A stretch of 58,808 nt of DNA from Alphaproteobacteria bacterium (GTDB lineage: Bacteria > Pseudomonadota > Alphaproteobacteria > CAAHEQ01 > UBA3637): the NCBI GenBank assembly GCA_045598925.1, contig JAZRVC010000001.1:1-58808 (forward strand), in the 5' to 3' direction. Under the pieces are notes generated by a model, which was not told the origin of the DNA, did not search any database, and worked only from the letters and a program-made list of their open reading frames with translations. Of this stretch, positions 8,706 to 16,240 are shown piece by piece (position 1 is the stretch's first letter; each line of letters begins with the position of its first letter). The position numbers and the translations under genes are program-made.

Positions 8706-9983
8706 ATGAAAAAAAATAAAAATATGTTAAACGGATATACCACAACCCCCGTCATCCTGAGCGGACGCGAAGGATCCATGGATTCTTCGGCTAACGCCTT
8801 CAGAATGACAACAGAAGGGGGTCGGTCTATGGTTGAAATGCTGGGGGTACTGGCCATTATCGGATTATTGTCCAACGGGGGAATCGCGGGGTATAAGAAC
8901 GCGATGAACAAACACGCGGCGAACGAAATCATCAATGAAGTCAATAAACGGGCTGTCAGTGCCGCGGGACAATTATTGTTAGGGAAAGACTTCAATTTGG
9001 CCGAATTTGGCAACGCCACCGTAAAAGGATGTACAATTGCCAAAAAAGACGGCGTAGCGACGGGGAGTTTTGGCCTGACCGTTACAGGTATGGATAAAGG
9101 CGTATGCAAACAATTATGGGATATGTCTAAAGATTGGTCTGTTCCTGTGGATGTAATGCTCAATTCCAACGATACCTGTGGGGAAACAAACACTTTCACT
9201 TATTTGTTTGCGAACGATTTATCCAAGAATGTTGCCGAAACACCAATCAGTTATAAAACATGTGAGTCCGGTTGTGATACACGGGCGGAAACCTGCGATA
9301 CAGCCACAGGGAAATGCGTGAGTGCTTGTACTCAACCCGGTTTCTATTATAGTTCATCTGGCTGTAAGGAGGTCACGAACACGTTGAGTTGTTCCAAAGA
9401 GGGGGATACCGCTTGTCCAGGTAACTGCTGTGATACAAAGACCATGATGTGTGTCAGCGCATATTATGATGGCTCTAACTATCATTGTCAATATGATAAA
9501 ATTAAATGTAATAAGAATTCAGATTGTCATACAGGTCAATTCTGTTTGGTGAGTGGAAATTCCAATAGCCCTTCCGTTGGCCGCTGTACAGATGTATCAG
9601 AGGTTGGTGGTTATAGTATCCCAAGTGATGCGAATGCGTTTTTCAAGAATCTAGTACGTAGTCAACAACGTATGAATTGGTGGAGTGCGAACAACTGGTG
9701 TCAAGCGCAAGGCAAGCATCTGGCCAGTTTAGCGGATTTAGGCATCGTAAAACCTGGTTCTTGTTATGTCAAGGGAACCAGTTCGCCATGCGACTATACG
9801 GATAGTACGAAATGGACAGAAGCAAATTCTTATTATAATGCTTTAACGAGCGCCTTTGGTAATGAAAGTTATCTATGGACATCTGATAGCTCTTCTTCCT
9901 CCGGCGCGTCCAGCGTGGCCCTTAACTATGGTTACGTGAACGCCAGTTATCGCGAGGACATCCTCTATGCTCTGTGTAGGTAG
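8706..9983 (+). CDS. Prepilin-signal (class III) Cys-rich protein with a C-terminal C-type-lectin-fold domain; the start may instead be 8805
   Basis: G|RSMVEMLGVLAIIGLLS fits the prepilin cleavage/methylation motif (Gly at -1, Glu at +5, then a hydrophobic helix). More than 20 Cys occur in CxxxxDCxxGxFC-type modules. The C-terminus reads MNWWSANNWCQAQGKHLASLADLG...YLWTSD...YALCR. GGAG lies 5 nt upstream of the ATG at 8706. An alternative ATG at 8805 would give a 6-aa leader. Confidence 0.7.
   Translation: MKKNKNMLNGYTTTPVILSGREGSMDSSANAFRMTTEGGRSMVEMLGVLAIIGLLSNGGIAGYKNAMNKHAANEIINEVNKRAVSAAGQLLLGKDFNLAEFGNATVKGCTIAKKDGVATGSFGLTVTGMDKGVCKQLWDMSKDWSVPVDVMLNSNDTCGETNTFTYLFANDLSKNVAETPISYKTCESGCDTRAETCDTATGKCVSACTQPGFYYSSSGCKEVTNTLSCSKEGDTACPGNCCDTKTMMCVSAYYDGSNYHCQYDKIKCNKNSDCHTGQFCLVSGNSNSPSVGRCTDVSEVGGYSIPSDANAFFKNLVRSQQRMNWWSANNWCQAQGKHLASLADLGIVKPGSCYVKGTSSPCDYTDSTKWTEANSYYNALTSAFGNESYLWTSDSSSSSGASSVALNYGYVNASYREDILYALCR
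8751..8809. repeat. REP/MITE-like palindromic unit (59 nt) lying in frame within the 5' end of the 8706 ORF
   Basis: The unit reads GTCATCCTGAGCGGACG-CGAAGGATCC-ATG-GATTCTTCG-GCTAACGC-CTTCAGAATGAC. Its terminal AATGAC supplies the alternative ATG at 8805. Confidence 0.7.
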
Positions 9984-10006
9984 GGTTCCTTCGCTTCGGC
10001 TCTCTT

Positions 10007-10315
10007 GTCATTCTGAACTCGTTTCAGAATCCATTTATGGGTCAGCGTGGAGAGTTGAGACGAATTTTAATGGTTCGTGTCAACGTGCCAATGGATTCTC
10101 GGGTCAAGTCCGAGAATGACAAAGAAAGAGAATGTCATTCCTTGACGAACGATAGTGAGGAGATAAGGAATCTCAATCAGATGCCTTATTTCGCTAACGC
10201 TCAAGGCATGACAATAACCCCAACCGTCATTCTGAAGGGGCAATGCCCCGAAGAATCCATGGATCCTTCGGTCGTATAAACTCCCTCAGGATGACAATAA
10301 AAAGAGAGTCATGAC
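10007..10315. repeat. Array of at least 4 REP/MITE-like palindromic units of the same family
   Basis: Units lie at 10007..10032 and 10093..10120 (two half-units separated by about 60 nt), 10134..10212 (GTCATTCCTTGA...TCAAGGCATGAC), and 10226..10295 (GTCATTCTGAAG...CGAAGAATCC-ATG-GATCCTTCG...CTCAGGATGAC). A GTCATGAC core lies at 10308..10315. Confidence 0.75.
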
Positions 10316-10320
10316 AAAAA

Positions 10321-10397
10321 ACGCTTTTCCTGTTGTTTTTTTAACATTTTGGACAGGAAAACGCCCCTTGGATTCACCACCCAAGGGGTGCCTTTTA
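10321..10397. repeat. 75-nt double-hairpin module, copy 2; bidirectional terminator between the lectin gene and queH
   Basis: Near-identical to 353..428. The differences are T-run lengths and two substitutions. CCCCTTGG pairs with CCAAGGGG and has T-rich flanks on both strands. Confidence 0.75.
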
Positions 10398-10928
10398 TTT
10401 TGGCTTACATCCACAATAATTTTGGCGGTATAAATTTAATTCTTTGGCGAGATGTTCGCTGCGTTCCAAACGGCCTTTTTTACGCCAATTTTCGGTGTCG
10501 TAGGGGATGTTTTCTTCGGCTTGCACTTTTAATCCCGCGCGACAGACCTGATCAAAATCTTTAAACCGCGAAATACCCAAAACCGATGAAATCCGCGTAA
10601 AGCCATTTTCTTTGGCATAGCGGGCTGTTCTTTTTAAACGAAAATAAAAGCATTTATCACACCGTTTGCCTTTTTCCGGCTCATCTTCCAGACCTTTTAC
10701 AAACTCCCGCCACTTATCGGGCGTATATTCCAAATCAACAAACGGAACCCCGTATAAATCGCACACGCGCCGATTTTCCTGTAAACGCTTTTGATATTCC
10801 ACCGTGGGTTGAATGTTGGGGTTAAAAAATAACACTGTAAAATCCACCCCTTGTTTTTTTAAGCTCTCTATTACCCCGACCGAGCAGGGCGCACAGCACG
10901 ACAACAGCAACAGTTTATCTTTTTTCAT
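10395..10928 (-). CDS. queH: Epoxyqueuosine reductase QueH (DUF208 family)
   Basis: LLLSCCAPCS N-terminal Cys cluster, FFNPNIQP, KGKRCDKCFYFRL and a C-terminal YCGC. Size and motif order fit QueH. Confidence 0.8.
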   Translation of the reverse strand: MKKDKLLLLSCCAPCSVGVIESLKKQGVDFTVLFFNPNIQPTVEYQKRLQENRRVCDLYGVPFVDLEYTPDKWREFVKGLEDEPEKGKRCDKCFYFRLKRTARYAKENGFTRISSVLGISRFKDFDQVCRAGLKVQAEENIPYDTENWRKKGRLERSEHLAKELNLYRQNYCGCKPK

Positions 10929-10934
10929 ACTTTT

Positions 10935-10963
10935 ATTATATCTGATTTATTCGTAAAAGTCAA
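10935..10963 (-). promoter_or_regulatory. queH promoter; its geometry suggests a leaderless mRNA
   Basis: On the minus strand: TTGACT (10963..10958), a 17-nt spacer, TATAAT (10940..10935), then only 6 nt (AAAAGT) before the ATG at 10928. There is no Shine-Dalgarno sequence. Confidence 0.5.
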
Positions 10964-11212
10964 AAACCCAAAAAAAACATTTGACAAAAGATCTTTTTTA
11001 GAGTATCCTTTCTTTCACATAAGGAAACATTATTATGAATTTGGTACAAAATCTTTTAAAAACCGCTTTACATAACAACCGATTGTTATGCGGTTTGTTG
11101 TGCCTGTTGTTGGGGTTGCCCCCCGTCTTATTTTAATCCCCTTATTTAATCAGATTTTTCAACAATTTTAACAAGCCCGACAAAAGCCGAGCAAACACAA
11201 AGGACAATTCCT

Positions 11213-11599
11213 ATGGATAACAAAAATATACCCGATGTAAAAGCAATTATGTGCTTTATCAAAAAAAATTCTCCACGCCAAAGCAAATGCATTGATGCCG
11301 ATTTTATCAACCTGAACGGTTTAAGTGTGCTGGCGTGGGTTGTGGAAGCACCTATTTCCAACGAGCAGGGCTATCAACAAGCACTGTTTTCCACAATCAG
11401 CCAAGGGCAGTTCGGGGAAGCACAATCTTGTATGCCTTGCCGATATTATAAACAGGACGGGAAAAAGGTCTTTACTTCGGCGCCGTTTGTCGCCACTTCA
11501 GAGGCCGAAATCCCTTTAATCTCGGTCAACAACCAACGAATTTTTATTACCCTCAATTGCAAAGGAAAAGCCTTTTCCCAAGCCTGTGTTCACGAATAA
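11213..11599 (+). CDS. Hypothetical protein (128 aa, several Cys)
   Basis: The ORF has AAGGA 8 nt upstream. No family was recognised. It overlaps a shorter antisense ORF (11146..11361). Confidence 0.4.
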   Translation: MDNKNIPDVKAIMCFIKKNSPRQSKCIDADFINLNGLSVLAWVVEAPISNEQGYQQALFSTISQGQFGEAQSCMPCRYYKQDGKKVFTSAPFVATSEAEIPLISVNNQRIFITLNCKGKAFSQACVHE

Positions 11600-11623
11600 G
11601 GAATTTTTAGGCATATTTTTTGC

Positions 11624-11652
11624 TTGACTTATGAAATCCTTTGTATTATAAT
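11624..11652 (+). promoter_or_regulatory. tRNA-Val promoter
   Basis: TTGACT (11624..11629), a 17-nt spacer, then TATAAT (11647..11652), 16 nt before the tRNA 5' end. Confidence 0.65.
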
Positions 11653-11668
11653 GCTTCTCATTGAACTT

Positions 11669-11743
11669 GGGTGCGTAGCTCAGCGGGAGAGCATTACCTT
11701 CACACGGTAGGGGTCACAGGTTCAATCCCTGTCGCACCCACCA
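11669..11743 (+). tRNA. tRNA-Val (anticodon CAC), CCA encoded
   Basis: Cloverleaf folded by hand: acceptor GGGTGCG/CGCACCC, D arm GCTC/GAGC, anticodon stem TTACC/GGTAG with loop TTCACAC, T arm ACAGG-TTCAATC-CCTGT. Confidence 0.9.
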
Positions 11744-11756
11744 ATTTCTGATTAAA

Positions 11757-11780
11757 CCTTTGGCAACAAAGGCTTTTTTT
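11757..11780 (+). terminator. Terminator after tRNA-Val
   Basis: CCTTTG-GCAA-CAAAGG hairpin followed by CTTTTTTT. Confidence 0.65.
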
Positions 11781-11802
11781 ATATCTAAAATAGGGGGAAA
11801 AG

Positions 11803-12177
11803 TTAGTTTCTGGAACCATCAATCAAAATTGAAATGTCTTTCGCCCAAACATCTTTATATTTTTTATTATTCCTACGGAAAAAGCGAATCATGCTTTTCT
11901 TTTGAGCACAATTGAGCCCCGTAAACGCTTTCACTTCTTCGTTGATTTGAAAACAAATATTAGATGCCTGCACCGATTGTTGCGTCAAATGCGCTTTTTT
12001 AAGGTAGGATGTCTGAACCACTTCGCATAAAGTATCAACTTCTTCATCATATCTGGGGCCCGCCGATTGAAAATTAGCCAAGTTTTCCATGTGCCACAGG
12101 CAAGCCTCTTGTGACCGTTTGGGTAAAGATAAAATTCTTTTTTTAAGGTCTGCAATTTTATTTAATGTCTTTTTCAT
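11803..12177 (-). CDS. Hypothetical protein (124 aa)
   Basis: The ORF has AGGGAAG upstream. No family was recognised. Confidence 0.45.
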   Translation of the reverse strand: MKKTLNKIADLKKRILSLPKRSQEACLWHMENLANFQSAGPRYDEEVDTLCEVVQTSYLKKAHLTQQSVQASNICFQINEEVKAFTGLNCAQKKSMIRFFRRNNKKYKDVWAKDISILIDGSRN

Positions 12178-12190
12178 TTTCTTCCCTTTA

Positions 12191-12226
12191 AAAAGTAAAA
12201 GAAGAGGGGGTATAAAACTCCCTCTT
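12191..12226 (-). terminator. Terminator of the tRNA-Cys/tRNA-Asn transcription unit
   Basis: On the minus strand: AAGAGGGAG-TTTTATA-CCCCCTCTT hairpin followed by CTTTTACTTTTT. Confidence 0.6.
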
Positions 12227-12233
12227 TCTTAAT

Positions 12234-12308
12234 TGGCTCCAGCGGTAGGGCTCGAACCTACGACCAATCGGTTAACAGCCGATTGCTCTACCACTGAGCT
12301 ACGCTGGA
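12234..12308 (-). tRNA. tRNA-Asn (anticodon GTT), CCA encoded
   Basis: The reverse complement folds as TCCAGCG-TA-GCTC-AGTGGTA-GAGC-A-ATCGG-CTGTTAA-CCGAT-TGGTC-GTAGG-TTCGAGC-CCTAC-CGCTGGA-G-CCA. Confidence 0.9.
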
Positions 12309-12365
12309 AACAGTGGCTATTATAACAAAAAGATAAACAAAATGCAATACCTTTTTGTTAAATTT

Positions 12366-12440
12366 TGGAGGCCGGTACCGGAATCGAACCAGTATAAAAG
12401 GATTTGCAGTCCTCTGCATAAGCCATTCTGCCAACCGGCC
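12366..12440 (-). tRNA. tRNA-Cys (anticodon GCA), CCA encoded
   Basis: The reverse complement has acceptor GGCCGGT/ACCGGCC, anticodon stem GAGGA/TCCTT with loop CTGCAAA, and T loop TTCGATT. Confidence 0.9.
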
Positions 12441-12454
12441 ATCAAAACAAGGTA

Positions 12455-12483
12455 AATTTAGCGTATTTTTAAAATATTGTCAA
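12455..12483 (-). promoter_or_regulatory. Promoter of the tRNA-Cys/tRNA-Asn unit
   Basis: On the minus strand: TTGACA (12483..12478), a 17-nt spacer, then TAAATT (12460..12455), 14 nt before the tRNA-Cys 5' end. Confidence 0.55.
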
Positions 12484-12679
12484 GAAAATTCTGCACAAAA
12501 ATAAAATTTTTATTTACAAAATATGATGAAATTTGAACCATAATAAAAACAAAGATAACATATTGACAAATATGAAGAAAGTAGGTAAAAATACTTCATC
12601 AAAAGTGTCGCATAATTTATATTATGTATACTATAAGGTGTTGAAATTTCTACCGCCGGAAAGAAAAAATTATCAAATC

Positions 12680-13384
12680 TTATCTGATATTTTCTCTTTG
12701 AATTCTTGATAAAAGACTTTGAACCGGTGGTAATTGTCCGATTTTTTTGACGTATGTTTTTAATTTTTCGGAATTTACCTCAGGGAATGTTTCCAAAATT
12801 TTAGCCACTGTATTTGGATTGTCTGAATTTAAACCGTCAATCAGCATCTTATCCATCACACCTTCTATCATATAGTGTTTCTCATTGGTTTGGGCATCAT
12901 AAAAAACAGATCCGTCCTTTATAATACATAAAACACTGTTTGGGGTGCGTTTTACAGAATTTTTACAGGCAAAATGCGACCATTTATTCAAACAAGTTTC
13001 TGACCCTACTATAACCAAATGTTGCACCTGAGTATTTTGGGACAAAAAGGCCTGAGGATGACAAACGGCCACAGAATTAGAACATACTTCTATTTCATCC
13101 ACATTATTATTCGTTGCAAAAATAGCAGCAATCATTTGACCCGATTGACGTGAAAAATTTTCTTTTCCTGTTAAAATTAAATCAGGTTCAGGAAGTGTTT
13201 CTTCAGGAAGATTTAGTTGATATTCACCTTGATTATTAGCACTAAACAAAGGACGTTTTCCAGAAAAATGCAGCAACATCACCCCGCTTTTAGCCACTTC
13301 AGAAGCCCCAGAAGTTGTCAATTCGGCGGGCTCTTCCGGCTTATGTTTAATAGATTCAGCATTTTTTACAAGCGTAATAATCAT
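12680..13384 (-). CDS. Hypothetical protein (234 aa)
   Basis: The ORF has a strong AGGAGG Shine-Dalgarno sequence and its own promoter. No family was recognised. Confidence 0.6.
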   Translation of the reverse strand: MIITLVKNAESIKHKPEEPAELTTSGASEVAKSGVMLLHFSGKRPLFSANNQGEYQLNLPEETLPEPDLILTGKENFSRQSGQMIAAIFATNNNVDEIEVCSNSVAVCHPQAFLSQNTQVQHLVIVGSETCLNKWSHFACKNSVKRTPNSVLCIIKDGSVFYDAQTNEKHYMIEGVMDKMLIDGLNSDNPNTVAKILETFPEVNSEKLKTYVKKIGQLPPVQSLLSRIQRENIR

Positions 13385-13412
13385 ATGTAATCCTCCTATC
13401 TGATATAAGAGA

Positions 13413-13440
13413 ATTATAGCACGATTCTGTATTTTGTCAA
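13413..13440 (-). promoter_or_regulatory. Promoter of the 234-aa orphan gene
   Basis: On the minus strand: TTGACA (13440..13435), a 16-nt spacer, then TATAAT (13418..13413). Confidence 0.6.
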
Positions 13441-13441
13441 G

Positions 13442-13759
13442 TTATTTTGAATTTTCACTAATCCAACCGAGCAATTCGGCTTTCGTGCACGCACCGTTTT
13501 TTTGTGCAACCACCTGCCCGTTTTTGAATAAAATCAAATGAGGGATACTTTGAATTTCATATTTATCTGCCGTATTTGGGGCCTCATCCACATCCACTTT
13601 ATAGACATCCAACGAAGCGTTTAATTCGTTTGAAATTTCTTCCACAATAGGAAGCATTTGGCGACAAGGACCGCACCATGTGGCAAAAAAATCCACCAAC
13701 ACCAATTTAGGGGCCTGTAAAACCTTTGATTCAAAGTTTGTATCGTTAATAATTTCCAT
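13442..13759 (-). CDS. trxA: Thioredoxin
   Basis: 105 aa with the WCGPC active site, in the context VLVDFFATWCGPCRQ. Confidence 0.92.
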   Translation of the reverse strand: MEIINDTNFESKVLQAPKLVLVDFFATWCGPCRQMLPIVEEISNELNASLDVYKVDVDEAPNTADKYEIQSIPHLILFKNGQVVAQKNGACTKAELLGWISENSK

Positions 13760-13821
13760 TTTATTCTCCTTTTTTTAACACTCTTTATATATCTTTTTTT
13801 AAAATATCTGTCAAGCCCCAA

Positions 13822-15510
13822 TCAGTTGGAACACATTTGATAGAAAGGCCACTTGCCAGAGATCAGTTGGTCCAATGATTCCAAAGATTCTCCCATCAAT
13901 GAAGAATAGACCCAATAATTTATCAAAATTCTTTCCACAAAAGATCGGGTTTCTCGGGAAGGAATTGTTTCTAAAAACAACAATGGATCATTTTGGTATT
14001 TCATTTTCTTTTCCCATTTATGCAGGTTCCCCGGGCCCGCATTATAGGCAACCGCCAATTTTATTAAATTTCCCTGAATTAAAGGAGAATTTAATAATGT
14101 TTTTAAATAGTATTGACCCAACGCCAAATTATATTCAGGGTTTTTTAATTTTTTCGGATTATATTCGCATCGTAAGGATTTGGCCAAGGCTTTGGCGGTG
14201 GCGGGCATCAGTTGCATTAAACCGACAGCTCCTACATTACTTTGAGCGCGCACATTAAAACACGATTCTTGCCGCACAAAAGCATAAACCAAGGATTTTT
14301 CCAACTTCCAATCGGTTTCGGGGGTCCAATCCGGCAGCGGGAATCGGGTGTCGTCCCCTTCTAAATGTCCTGTTAGCCCCTTCAACACCTCACCATAGGA
14401 ATTTTCGTCTGCAATCTTCCACAAAGCCGAACGACCGGATTCGTCTGAATCAAGGTATAATTTTGTCAATTCTTCCGAAGCCCATTGTTTATACCCCATT
14501 TGATCCAACATATAAAATCTTTCTAAACCATCGGCATCCAAATCTAAATCATCATTTTCGTCAATCGTGGTGGGGTCTTGCCAGTTATGATTCAAAGTCC
14601 CACCCAACATACGTGTTGCCAAAAAGGAATAAAAATAGCGGGGGTATTGGGCTGCCATTTCCAAATATTCCCCTACTTTTTCAAAATGTCCGGCCCGCAT
14701 CAAAGATCTGACGGCCCAAAAAGCCGAACTGGTCTTTAAAGAAGGTTCTTCGGTCGTTTGAGCGGCCTGTTCAAAAAAGGTGCTCCCCTCTTCTACTTTT
14801 CCTTGTCGCCAAAAAATCATCCCCTGCAACCAATAGGCAAAAGGATGAGCCTTTTCTTTTAAAATCTTATTTAATTCAACCCGCGCTAAATCATCGCGAT
14901 TATCCAAAAAATATGAAAAAGCCAAACTGATACGGGCATAATTGGATATTGTTTGTCCCCACAATTTTTGAATTTCTTTTTGATTGAGTAAATTTTTTGC
15001 GTTTAAGGTACTGCCACGAAACAAATACCTTTTAAATTGACGCATTTGTTTTTGGGCGTTTTTTCGTTCTGATTTTTTACTGATATGCGAAAAACGCAAA
15101 CTTCTGAGCAAATCAGACGGTTCAAACCGAACAATGCGTTCACAAGCATTTGTGTTTCCACCAAAAATCCCCTTTGGACGCGGCAAAGATTTTATCTTTT
15201 TTTGGTTACCCAAAGCATACATATCCCCCGCGATAGGATAGTCAGAATAATTTTCCAACCAATTGACAATCTCGGACTTTTTTGTTTTATAATTAGAAAG
15301 AAAATAGTGTTGATAAAGCACATACCCCATCAATGTTTGATTCTGAATTTTTTCAGATAATTTCAGGGCATTTTTAAAATCACCGTTTTTTTGTAAATCA
15401 AATACTTGCTGATATAAATCAGTATCCGAAAAATCTTGAGCGCAAGGTGTCATACCGACAGATACAACACAACCGACACCCAACAAAAAAAGAGATAATT
15501 TATTCATCAA
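13822..15510 (-). CDS. Soluble lytic murein transglycosylase (Slt70-like)
   Basis: Signal peptide, a long helical repeat region, then an SLT catalytic domain (RQESCFNVRAQSNVGAVGLMQLMPATA ... AYNAGPGN). Confidence 0.85.
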   Translation of the reverse strand: MMNKLSLFLLGVGCVVSVGMTPCAQDFSDTDLYQQVFDLQKNGDFKNALKLSEKIQNQTLMGYVLYQHYFLSNYKTKKSEIVNWLENYSDYPIAGDMYALGNQKKIKSLPRPKGIFGGNTNACERIVRFEPSDLLRSLRFSHISKKSERKNAQKQMRQFKRYLFRGSTLNAKNLLNQKEIQKLWGQTISNYARISLAFSYFLDNRDDLARVELNKILKEKAHPFAYWLQGMIFWRQGKVEEGSTFFEQAAQTTEEPSLKTSSAFWAVRSLMRAGHFEKVGEYLEMAAQYPRYFYSFLATRMLGGTLNHNWQDPTTIDENDDLDLDADGLERFYMLDQMGYKQWASEELTKLYLDSDESGRSALWKIADENSYGEVLKGLTGHLEGDDTRFPLPDWTPETDWKLEKSLVYAFVRQESCFNVRAQSNVGAVGLMQLMPATAKALAKSLRCEYNPKKLKNPEYNLALGQYYLKTLLNSPLIQGNLIKLAVAYNAGPGNLHKWEKKMKYQNDPLLFLETIPSRETRSFVERILINYWVYSSLMGESLESLDQLISGKWPFYQMCSN

Positions 15511-16140
15511 TTACACACGATTTTGATTCAGATTGACCTGCGGAATAGGAATAAACTCTATTTTTTCCTTACATTTTTTATCAGGAATTCCCTTGATTTT
15601 ACAGGCTTGAATATCAACAGGGGGCACCTTAAGAATTGATTCGCAATCGGCCCCGACCATAATAAAATTCTTACCCGTGGTTTCTTTGGGGGCTACATTT
15701 TTAAAGTCAAATTTCTTTTCTGTATTCCCGATTTTTAGGGCGACACTCAATTCTTGAACAGGACGTTTTTTAAAACTGTTAAAGACCATAAAATCACCAC
15801 TGCAATAGGAAACGGATTTGACCGCCGCCACAGTCGTTTTGACATTTGTCAAAGCAATAAAGACCTTTTCTTCTTCGTTTTCCTCGTCCTCTTCATCTTC
15901 TTCCTCATCGGATTCCGCAACAACTTCTGCAGGTTGAACTTCAACGGTTGCCTCAACCAATGGCGCGGGTGCTTCAGTTTGTATTTCTTCAATAACTTTT
16001 TCTTCCGTGGCCACAAAGGTGGGGGCGTTTATTTCTTCCGCTTCCTCTTCTTGAAAATTGAGTTGAGGAAACAAAGATTCTTGAGCATACCCCGACGAAA
16101 CCAATCCCAAACAAGCAACAAAAAAGAATATATTTTTCAT
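15511..16140 (-). CDS. Secreted acidic protein, function unknown
   Basis: The likely start is MKNIFFFVACLGLVSSGYAQE (signal peptide). An E/D-rich low-complexity stretch follows. The stop abuts the start of the transglycosylase gene. Confidence 0.5.
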   Translation of the reverse strand: MKNIFFFVACLGLVSSGYAQESLFPQLNFQEEEAEEINAPTFVATEEKVIEEIQTEAPAPLVEATVEVQPAEVVAESDEEEDEEDEENEEEKVFIALTNVKTTVAAVKSVSYCSGDFMVFNSFKKRPVQELSVALKIGNTEKKFDFKNVAPKETTGKNFIMVGADCESILKVPPVDIQACKIKGIPDKKCKEKIEFIPIPQVNLNQNRV

Positions 16141-16240
16141 TTGAACTCCCTTAACGTTATTTTTTGCTAGACAAGGTCTAATAAAAAGAGTATAAAAAAA
16201 TAAAAATAAAATCAACATTTTTTTATTAAAAGGGGAAAAA

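Noticed and set aside
8709-8716. A8 homopolymer immediately after the ATG at 8706, considered as a slipped-strand phase-variation switch for the pilin-lectin gene.
   Set aside because: The tract is short, AT-rich genomes contain many such runs (encoding Lys-Lys-Asn), and there are no population data. It is mentioned only within the start-codon ambiguity finding.
11146-11361. 71-aa minus-strand ORF with a hydrophobic segment, overlapping the 11213..11599 ORF.
   Set aside because: It is shorter than the overlapping plus-strand ORF and has no visible Shine-Dalgarno sequence or promoter. It cannot be excluded, so the plus-strand call is given only low confidence.
11669-12440. tRNA cluster considered as the boundary of an integrated mobile element or prophage remnant.
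   Set aside because: No integrase, recombinase, phage or transposase ORF is present, and no duplicated tRNA 3' segment (att site) could be found by eye. It is reported only as an orphan-gene islet.
12563-12592. TTGACA-like hexamer with an A-rich downstream box in the AT-rich spacer, considered as a promoter for an antisense or sRNA transcript.
   Set aside because: The -10 candidate (TAAAAA/AAAAAT) is poor. The transcript would run antisense into the 3' end of the 12680 gene, with no terminator or structure. The match is probably a chance hit in AT-rich DNA.
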